Shown piece after piece: positions 51,317-59,411 of a DNA stretch of 64,000 bases. This stretch comes from Oligoflexales bacterium. Its GTDB lineage: Bacteria; Bdellovibrionota_B; Oligoflexia; Oligoflexales; Bog-1112. Both the position numbers and the translations under genes were made by a program. The stretch spans positions 53,014 through 117,013 of the forward strand of contig JBGCDR010000040.1 in the NCBI GenBank assembly GCA_045105515.1. The letters run 5' to 3'. Position 1 is the stretch's first letter; each line of letters begins with the position of its first letter. The notes under the pieces are model-generated. The model made no database searches. It worked only from the letters and a program-made list of their open reading frames with translations, and was not told the origin of the DNA.

Positions 51317-53151
51317 ATGTACCGATGCCTTTTATCATTGGGCAGATTTTTAACTGACTTTTTAAATAAGTCTTTGAGCCTATAGTAGTCAGTAAAATAT
51401 AGTGCTGTGCTAGTATTATCATTATAACACAGCCGCCTTGCATGATAGCCTTGAGTATATTTTTTTCCATACCTCTCGACCAAGGCATCAACTGGATCAC
51501 AAACCTTTATAGGATCATTAATATACCACGTATTTGAGTTAGTCAGAGGAAGGCTGGCTAATAGCTCCCCAAGTTTAGCTCTTTCCTCATCATGATCCAT
51601 CTCAATAATATGTAGAGCAAATTTATAGTCTTCACGATTAAGTTGCTCCAAATAGCTGTGCAGTACAGCATGGTCCATCACATGTCTAAAATTTAATAGA
51701 TTGAGGGGTTCGAATTCAAAAATATGATTAGAAACTCGTTGGTCACCTAATATTTGTTGCATTTCTCGACGCATCTGGGCTACAGCACTGTGCTCACCCA
51801 TATTAAAAAATCCGATGTAGTCCCTGATTTCTTGGTCAATTCCTGTATAATGCCTTCTAACCTCTACACGGTTAAATTCATCAGAGGGAGCGAATCGAAG
51901 GATACCCTTCAAGTTGATGTATCCAGAGCGATATCGCGAAATATCATGCTTTTTATACAATTGAAAAGGACTGAAATCGTTTACCCCAAACCGTTCCTGA
52001 TTCTCAAGACCCCTTTTTACCATTCGAAGTGCAAGAAGTTTATTGAATTCATAACAAATTCCTCTAATATCTTGCTTTTTAAGATTCACTTCATTCGAAT
52101 ATTGCTTAGAATCATCTATTTCTGATCTATTTTTTTGCGTACTAATATGAAAATTAGTTCGCGAAATAGTTTTTTCGAACTGAAATCGGGGTTCAAATAT
52201 TTCTTTCTCAAATAAGGATCCTTCAGAAATAATATAAAGACTTTCAAGCATATCAGCAGGATTTTTATAGGGTTTTTCATGATTAAATTCAATCGCCCCA
52301 TCATCCCAAAACATATTGATATTGTGAAAATATAAAGGTGTACCAACGGTTTTTAAAGGAAATACTCGGAGTGTTTTACCATCATCTTTTATCTTGCGAC
52401 TTTTAATAAGTTTTGCAAACCTTACTAAATCCCTTACAAGATCTCTGTGCTTATTGGGTGGTTTACTGTCGACTTCCTCTGGAAAATTTTTGTTCCATAT
52501 CTTATAGATATAATCTAAATCAAGGTACTTTAATAAAGGCGCATTCTCTAATCCACTAAATTCAACTTCAACTTCCATCCCCAAGAGGAATTGACCTTCA
52601 TATTGATCAAACCTTTTTCGCCATTTTGATACAAGCTGATAACGTTGATCTTTGCGAATCTGCCTTTTCAACCAATGAGTTCGCATTGCTCTTTCTATCT
52701 CAGATATAGAAGGTAGATTTTGAAACAGTTCATTTTTAGTACATAAAACTGGACCAGCATACCTAGTAGAGTCCCGAAGAATTCGAGCAGTTTCTTCTAA
52801 TGAATAACCAGAGTCCTTAGCTAACTGTTCGAGATCTAATTGGGCATTTTTTTTCTCTCGATCCTTTCGCATTCTGAAGGCTGAGCGCACTTCTTGTTCA
52901 TCCTCTTCGTTTTCTTCATTCGATCCTAAAATAGGAATCTTTCTATAGGACTCTCTGATCAAAGCTCTCACTCGTCTGAGCTCAGAAATATCTTTTGATT
53001 CTCCTCCTTGTTCAATCATCAAAACTATACTCTGGCTATATTTATCAATACAATCGATACCCGAATCAGAATTTGCTTTTAGTATATTTATTTTTGCAAA
53101 AAAAATATTCAATGCAACAATACTAAATAATAGCCTTACCTCAAATTGCAT
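51313..53151 (-). CDS. Secreted hypothetical protein with COOH-NH2 ligase (amidoligase/GCS2-like) motifs
   Basis: Signal peptide; LLGMEVEVEF, WDDGAIEF, TNFHIS, RVEVR in superfamily order. Confidence 0.5.
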   Translation of the reverse strand: MQFEVRLLFSIVALNIFFAKINILKANSDSGIDCIDKYSQSIVLMIEQGGESKDISELRRVRALIRESYRKIPILGSNEENEEDEQEVRSAFRMRKDREKKNAQLDLEQLAKDSGYSLEETARILRDSTRYAGPVLCTKNELFQNLPSISEIERAMRTHWLKRQIRKDQRYQLVSKWRKRFDQYEGQFLLGMEVEVEFSGLENAPLLKYLDLDYIYKIWNKNFPEEVDSKPPNKHRDLVRDLVRFAKLIKSRKIKDDGKTLRVFPLKTVGTPLYFHNINMFWDDGAIEFNHEKPYKNPADMLESLYIISEGSLFEKEIFEPRFQFEKTISRTNFHISTQKNRSEIDDSKQYSNEVNLKKQDIRGICYEFNKLLALRMVKRGLENQERFGVNDFSPFQLYKKHDISRYRSGYINLKGILRFAPSDEFNRVEVRRHYTGIDQEIRDYIGFFNMGEHSAVAQMRREMQQILGDQRVSNHIFEFEPLNLLNFRHVMDHAVLHSYLEQLNREDYKFALHIIEMDHDEERAKLGELLASLPLTNSNTWYINDPIKVCDPVDALVERYGKKYTQGYHARRLCYNDNTSTALYFTDYYRLKDLFKKSVKNLPNDKRHRYI

Positions 53152-53219
53152 TTTTTAAATTCTCCTGACGATATATTTTAAGCTTTTTTCATTCCTTTGA
53201 GTTACCATTGCTAGATTTT

Positions 53220-55142
53220 TTAGTATGAAACTCTTGTTTCATACGGAACAAAGTGTTCTCCCCGAACCCTGTAAGTTGCTCTTATTTTAGGATCGGCTTT
53301 AAGTAAAGTATTGAAAACAATTGGGTCTTCCATAATTTTTCTTCCAGACTCTGATAATAATTGGCTTTTTTCCTCATCTGTAAGATCTTCATTCACAACT
53401 TTGACCAATTTAATGCTAATTTTATTCAATTTTTTATTAACATCTGTTTTAACCTTATTCACGCATTTATAATCAATTTCGTCGTTTTTATTCAGGCAGA
53501 GACGATCAAGATTTCTATTTTTATCACGAAAAAAATCACTAAGAACTTCTTCTCCTTGTTCTTGCAAGAATCTAGGGTTTCCTTCAATCTTCTGAACTAA
53601 TCTAGAAATAGCAGCTTTACGCATTAACAGCTTGAAATCTATCCCAACATAACCTAAGTTTTTTCTTTTTGGAAAAGCTACAGCAAGGTCTTTTTTGTGC
53701 CCTGTTTCATGCATAAACTTATTGACTGCCTTCTCTGCTCCTTTTTGTGTTGCATGATCATTTGAATAATGCCAAGACATTTTAAGTGCTATTCCATCTT
53801 TCTCATCATCCATAATAAAGTCTTCGATCATAGGATCATCTGAATAGGTTTTTGCGGCAACTCCTTGGGAAGCCTTTTTAAAACTTACATGCTTAAAGCT
53901 AAAAAACTTAAAATTTTCTTTCTTAAATGGACTTCTTAAATGTTTGTGATATCGATTTTTATTCAGCTCCGAGACTATAAGATCGGTTTTGATATTCTCT
54001 TCATGATTAATTTTTGCTGTGTATTTTTTTGCATCTACATTCTTCATCTTCCATTTTACTAGAATTGGAAATCGTACATATTTTCTCTTTATCTTTTTCT
54101 TTCCCTTTGACTCAATTGTTCTTTGATGGGTAACACCAGACAGTTCTGGATTATTAATAGGCTCTCCGCTTTCTCTTTCTACGGATAGGTCATATGCTTT
54201 ATTGAGCTTGCCATTTAATGCTTGATCTAACGCAAACCGCGCTTCTTCCTTGGTAAGGTCGAAATTCAGCACCAAACTTTTCTCCCAATCCTTTTCATAA
54301 CCCTTTACAGCTCTTGATATGAAAAGAACTCCGCCTTTTGTATTTGCTCCCCTCAACTTTTTGTTTGTAATCATCATTTTTACTTCATTATCTGATATTC
54401 TTGTTATCTCGTGTTCCCAACTCCCGCTATATTTTATTCCTGACCCCACAACCAACCCTAAAGCATGAAAAAGTCCACTAATTGAAATACTACCCGTAGA
54501 GTTGTAAGACATTTTATCTCCTACATTCCACTTTTCGATATCTTTCGTTTTTTTGGGTATCTTCATCCTATCAACGCTTCTTGCATCGTTGTGAGAATCA
54601 ACCATTCTTTGTGTTTTAACCTTTTTAGACCGACTTGGAAAAATAGATGCCCCTATTGCAGGAAAAACTGGACCAGCTACTGTCCATCCCACTCCTGCTA
54701 TAGCACCAATACCTAAAGTAAGCGCTCTTCGATCTACCACGCGGTGAGGATTCTCGTTAATTCCTTCATCTAAGACATAGGTCCCATCTGGCTTAAAATA
54801 CCCTCCACCTGATGAGATAATAGGAGGCCGAATCATATAAGGTGTAGGTAGATCAGCTGGATAAGGTAAGTAATCCCCATTATCTGGATTAGTATCCAAA
54901 GGGACGGGAGCCAGGTTACCATCAGAACAAGCTGGACTTCCTAAAAACCTAACAATTTGCCGACCACCATCTGGTCCTACATAAGGAAACGCAAAAAAGA
55001 AAAATTGCATCTCGTCTCCCCCATCTCCATCAAACGGATCTGAGGGCCCTTCAGTATCTCCACCATATGCAATGTGGTTTGATAGTACCAATGCCATCAA
55101 GATACAAAGTACCTTTTTATGATATTGATCTGATCTCATCAT
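53220..55142 (-). CDS. Large secreted hypothetical protein
   Basis: Signal peptide (AYG); D/G/P-rich N-terminus; Gly-rich hydrophobic strands; Lys-rich C-terminus. Confidence 0.7.
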   Translation of the reverse strand: MMRSDQYHKKVLCILMALVLSNHIAYGGDTEGPSDPFDGDGGDEMQFFFFAFPYVGPDGGRQIVRFLGSPACSDGNLAPVPLDTNPDNGDYLPYPADLPTPYMIRPPIISSGGGYFKPDGTYVLDEGINENPHRVVDRRALTLGIGAIAGVGWTVAGPVFPAIGASIFPSRSKKVKTQRMVDSHNDARSVDRMKIPKKTKDIEKWNVGDKMSYNSTGSISISGLFHALGLVVGSGIKYSGSWEHEITRISDNEVKMMITNKKLRGANTKGGVLFISRAVKGYEKDWEKSLVLNFDLTKEEARFALDQALNGKLNKAYDLSVERESGEPINNPELSGVTHQRTIESKGKKKIKRKYVRFPILVKWKMKNVDAKKYTAKINHEENIKTDLIVSELNKNRYHKHLRSPFKKENFKFFSFKHVSFKKASQGVAAKTYSDDPMIEDFIMDDEKDGIALKMSWHYSNDHATQKGAEKAVNKFMHETGHKKDLAVAFPKRKNLGYVGIDFKLLMRKAAISRLVQKIEGNPRFLQEQGEEVLSDFFRDKNRNLDRLCLNKNDEIDYKCVNKVKTDVNKKLNKISIKLVKVVNEDLTDEEKSQLLSESGRKIMEDPIVFNTLLKADPKIRATYRVRGEHFVPYETRVSY

Positions 55143-55210
55143 GACTCCCCGAATTTCTGAATATTGTTAATCAGTTTTTTCTTTTAAAAAGTTTATTAGT
55201 TGAGCTATAC

Positions 55211-55230
55211 GCTTACCAAGCTTAAAAATC
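55211..55230 (+). repeat. Direct repeat copy 2 (GCTTACCAAGCTTAAAAATC)
   Basis: 19/20 identical to 49440-49459. Confidence 0.6.
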
Positions 55231-55402
55231 AAGTAGATATTAAATTAGACTTTCAACATATTTATTTACGAACTATTTATTATAATAATATTACATAAAG
55301 GACAATTCCATCTTCTGATTTCTAAGATAGAAATGGAAGAAAAATCGATATAATTATAGTAAGCATTTAACAATTCCTTTGTACCAACGAACGGAGATTA
55401 AA

Positions 55403-56641
55403 ATGAGATCCTCATTCTTGATATTATTATTTTTGCTAAATCTTAATATTTTTCTTACTCTTGACATTAGCAAAGCCAATATACCCGTAAGTTTAAATAC
55501 AACATCTTTATGGAAAAAAATTGTTAGATACACACGACCTATGGATATCTTCAGCGAAAACAAACGAATTTGCAAAAACTATTTAGATATAATCATAGAT
55601 AACCGTGACCCAAATTTAGTTAATAAATATAAGAATAAAAATTTATATAGAGATTGCCATTTTGATATTATCAAGTTTAAAGACCAATCAATTTATATAT
55701 TGTTTTCTAAATTATTAAGAAAAGGTCACAATAAGATGGTCTATAATGCAATCGATATTAATAACTCCAATAGAAATCTAGTGGCTTTAATCTCTTATGG
55801 TGACAAAGAAAAAATAAGGGATAAAAATTTGCGGGAACACAGAATTACAAATCAATTCAGTCATCTCAAGAGTATTCTAAAACCATATAATTTTGATTTT
55901 TTTCCAAATTATCGATCTAAAGGAGCAGTAATTTCAATATATGATAAATATGAGACCACACTACAAAAATTTGCTAACAAGAAAAGCAATAAACTTGCTT
56001 ATCGTTGGAACATGATAAAACCTATCATTGAAGATTATGAGCAATTACAAAGCAGCTTAATTCATAGGGATATAAAGTTTGGTAATATTGTTTGTAAAGC
56101 TCTAGGCATATCAGACATCTCTGAGCCTTATAATAATTTTACTTGTGTTCTTATTGATTTTGAATTTTCCTTATTGAAGGAAGAATGGCAGGAAAACAAG
56201 AGTATCTCTCAAATGCTAGGAACTACCGTTAATCTAGCTCCGGAACTCTTTAATCGCTACTCTCTATCGAAGCAATTTTGGGCTCACCTTAAGAAAAGGG
56301 AAACCTTTAGCTTTGGAATGATTTTATTAGCTTTATTTGGCTTCAGGACCGAATATGAAATTTGTCTTTCATTTCTTCGAAAAATGTATAATATTCAGAA
56401 ATCTGCTGATATTGTTGATCGAATAAAACAACGTAAAAATGAAGAAATTATTGGACTATTCTCGAAATGGTTTTTAGATAATCGTACAAAAAACAACAAA
56501 AGTGCCTATTTATCACTCAGAAAATTACTTCTGGATATGGTAAATCCAAGCTATATTCAAAGACCAGAACTCCACAAATGCCGGGTGAGAATCGATAATT
56601 TTATTTCTAATCATCCTCTCTTAACTAACGAGCACCAATAA
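55403..56641 (+). CDS. Secreted Hanks-type Ser/Thr protein kinase with atypical ATP site
   Basis: Signal peptide; RKGHNKMVY, VALI, LREH, IHRDIKFGNI, LIDFEF, GTTVNLAPE, TFSFGMIL, QRP. GGAG RBS before ATG 55403. Confidence 0.8.
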   Translation: MRSSFLILLFLLNLNIFLTLDISKANIPVSLNTTSLWKKIVRYTRPMDIFSENKRICKNYLDIIIDNRDPNLVNKYKNKNLYRDCHFDIIKFKDQSIYILFSKLLRKGHNKMVYNAIDINNSNRNLVALISYGDKEKIRDKNLREHRITNQFSHLKSILKPYNFDFFPNYRSKGAVISIYDKYETTLQKFANKKSNKLAYRWNMIKPIIEDYEQLQSSLIHRDIKFGNIVCKALGISDISEPYNNFTCVLIDFEFSLLKEEWQENKSISQMLGTTVNLAPELFNRYSLSKQFWAHLKKRETFSFGMILLALFGFRTEYEICLSFLRKMYNIQKSADIVDRIKQRKNEEIIGLFSKWFLDNRTKNNKSAYLSLRKLLLDMVNPSYIQRPELHKCRVRIDNFISNHPLLTNEHQ

Positions 56642-57539
56642 GTATTATCGAATCTGCATCTTGATTTTTTGGTCTTTTAATTCGGTCCACTGTATAAATT
56701 GCAATTGCTGTCCATATAAATCCAAAAGCGATAAAATAGTTTACACCAATAGACTCCTTAAAAACCAAAACACCCATTAAAAATTGTAGGGTAGGTGCAA
56801 TATACTGTAGAAATCCAAGGGTAGACAATTTTAGGTTTATGACCGCATGACCAAAACAAAGTAGAGGTATAATGGTTGCAAATCCAGCTCCAAATAAAAG
56901 CAATTTGATGACAAAGGAGTATGAATGATAGTTAAATTGATTAGTGGATTCCCAGTAATAAAATATAGGAATTATAAAGGCTGATAATATTGAGAGTTCT
57001 ATAAGCATACGTAAGGTTGTGCTCACCGGTGACAGCTTTTTAAACATACCATAACAACCAAAGGTAAATGTAATAGACAATGATATCCATGGAATTTCTC
57101 CTTGAAGATAAACTAATAGTAACACTCCAACACTTGCTATAAGCACAGCTAACCATTGTTTCGAACTAAGCTTTTCTTTGAAAACTATAGTCCCCAAGAA
57201 GACCGAAAAAATTGGATTTATATAATAACCTAGACTGCTTTCAACAACATGACCTGAATTTACTGCCTTGATATTAATGAACCAATTTAAGCTTATACAA
57301 AGTGTTCCTGCCACTATCGCTAGCCAATATTTTTTTTTAATTGAAAAGAAGTCAACAATTTTTTTTGATGGATTTCTGACTATAAAAAGAACTGCTACCA
57401 GGATTAGTGACCATAAACATCGATGACACAAAATTTCTTTGGAATCTAATCCAGCTAAAAGCCTCCAGTATAAAGGTAGGAGCCCCCAAACAAAATAAGA
57501 GAAAATACCAGTCGTTAATCCGAGTTTATCACGGTTCAA
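56625..57539 (-). CDS. rarD: RarD family EamA/DMT transporter
   Basis: WGLLPLYW, EILCHR..WS, NW..I.AVN.GHVVESSLGYYINP, LGFLQYIAPTLQF. Confidence 0.9.
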   Translation of the reverse strand: MNRDKLGLTTGIFSYFVWGLLPLYWRLLAGLDSKEILCHRCLWSLILVAVLFIVRNPSKKIVDFFSIKKKYWLAIVAGTLCISLNWFINIKAVNSGHVVESSLGYYINPIFSVFLGTIVFKEKLSSKQWLAVLIASVGVLLLVYLQGEIPWISLSITFTFGCYGMFKKLSPVSTTLRMLIELSILSAFIIPIFYYWESTNQFNYHSYSFVIKLLLFGAGFATIIPLLCFGHAVINLKLSTLGFLQYIAPTLQFLMGVLVFKESIGVNYFIAFGFIWTAIAIYTVDRIKRPKNQDADSIILIGAR

Positions 57540-57796
57540 TTTTTGCTCCTAAAATATATTCATATCATTGATATCTAATCTAGCTTTCAAACGAAATAAA
57601 TCAACAAATGAATTAAAATCTAACACTCAATTCTTCAAAGGAAAAATTCGTGTTTCATCTAGGAAATCATGAACAAAAATCTTGAAATAGGTTTGACTTT
57701 GAACAATTGTCATGCGAATAGTTGGATACCTTAAAATTTGGAGATTGAATAGTCATCAAAGAATATTAAGAAGCAGTAAATATTGGAGAAACAACC

Positions 57797-59134
57797 ATGC
57801 TGTCAAATATAAAGCCAAAAATCAAGATCTATACTAAAGACAACATTCATATGCTTCCCCAATTTACAAAGGTATCTAAAGAAAAACAATTTGAACTTAA
57901 GGTAGTTGCTTCCATCCTTCCGTTCAGAGTAAATAATTACGTAACTGATAAATTAATCGATTGGGATAATCTTGAGTCAGATCCCCTATATCATCTAAAT
58001 TTTATGCAAAAAAAAATGTTGAGTGAACCTCATTTCAAAACTATTGCCCAATTACTAAGTACTGATCAAGGTCAATCACCAGCCTTTTATAAGGCAGTAA
58101 AAAAAATCCGATTTGATTTAAATCCACACCCTTCTGAACAATTAACTTCTAATGTTCCCACCCATAATGATAAGCTCGTTCCAGGAATTCAGCATAAATA
58201 TACTCAAACTGTATTAGTATTCCCTAAGCAGGGTCAAACTTGCCATAGCTACTGTACATTTTGTTTTCGCTGGGCACAGTTTTCAGACCTTAATGACTTA
58301 AAATTTGCAACGGACCAACATCGAAAATTTCTCGAGTACATCAAAGATCACAAAGAACTTACTGATGTACTAATTACAGGTGGTGATCCGATGATCATGA
58401 ATGCAAGAATTCTCAAAACCTATATAGAACCCTTACTTGGACGAGAATACTCCCATATTCAAACTATCAGAATTGGAAGTAAGACCCTAAGCTATTGGCC
58501 GTACCGATATTTATCTGACCGCGACTCAGCTGAAATTCTTAATCTATTCGAGAAAGTAGTCGCGGCAAACAAAACCTTAGCCTTTATGGCACATATTAAT
58601 CACCATCGCGAAATAGAAACTGATGCTGCAAAACTAGCAATTAAAGCTATTCAGGGCACAGGAGCAATCATCCGTAGTCAATCGCCAATTTTAAAGCATA
58701 TTAACGACAAGCATCAAATTTGGGAAAAAAATTGGAACATTCAAGTAAGAATAGGCATAGTCCCTTACTACATGTTTGTGGAGAGAGACACTGGACCGCA
58801 AAACTATTTTGCAATCCCATTGGTTAAAGCATTAGATGTCTATAAAAATGCAATTAAGAATGTCTCTGGATTGGCTAGAACAGCACGAGGACCTTCAATG
58901 TCCGCTAGTCCAGGTAAGGTAAGCATCGAAGATGTTCAGTTTCTTAAAGGTCAAAAAGTCTTTGTATTAAAATTTTTACAAGCTAGAAATCCTGAATGGG
59001 TTGGAAAGCCATTTTATGCAAAATTTTCCGCTGAAGCAAAATGGTTGACAGACTTAGAGCCTGCCTTTGGTGAAAATAAATTTTTCTTCGAAAGGGACAT
59101 TAGAGTTATCAACTCAGCCTCTAGCAACAGCTAA
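57797..59134 (+). CDS. KamA-family radical SAM aminomutase (lysine 2,3-aminomutase-like)
   Basis: GIQHKY..TVL, GQTCHSYCTFCFR (CX3CX2C), DVLITGGDP, IRIGSK, HINH..E, PYYMF, SPGK. Confidence 0.85.
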   Translation: MLSNIKPKIKIYTKDNIHMLPQFTKVSKEKQFELKVVASILPFRVNNYVTDKLIDWDNLESDPLYHLNFMQKKMLSEPHFKTIAQLLSTDQGQSPAFYKAVKKIRFDLNPHPSEQLTSNVPTHNDKLVPGIQHKYTQTVLVFPKQGQTCHSYCTFCFRWAQFSDLNDLKFATDQHRKFLEYIKDHKELTDVLITGGDPMIMNARILKTYIEPLLGREYSHIQTIRIGSKTLSYWPYRYLSDRDSAEILNLFEKVVAANKTLAFMAHINHHREIETDAAKLAIKAIQGTGAIIRSQSPILKHINDKHQIWEKNWNIQVRIGIVPYYMFVERDTGPQNYFAIPLVKALDVYKNAIKNVSGLARTARGPSMSASPGKVSIEDVQFLKGQKVFVLKFLQARNPEWVGKPFYAKFSAEAKWLTDLEPAFGENKFFFERDIRVINSASSNS

Positions 59135-59411
59135 ATTGAAGCTTAATAAAAAAGAGTGTAGAGATTCAAACTAAATATTTAAGTATTATAATAAATATCG
59201 TTCTTCCAATCATTCATGTTCTTTAGTCTTTCCTCCATACTATCATACAGCAAGATGACTTTAACGATGGCCTTAACATATAGTTATTATGACTAATTAA
59301 TTAATTTTTCTAAGAAATTACCATACGGAATTCCTTTATCCAATTTATAAGGAACCGATAGACGAAGTGGATAATGTTGTATCCGCAAAGTAGTGAGTAG
59401 GTTGGTCGATT

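Noticed and set aside
11480..56641. Repeated tail-to-tail gene overlaps (11480, 14432, 27664, 51313, 56625) as antisense regulation
   Set aside because: Short convergent overlaps are common in compact AT-rich genomes, and there is no further evidence.
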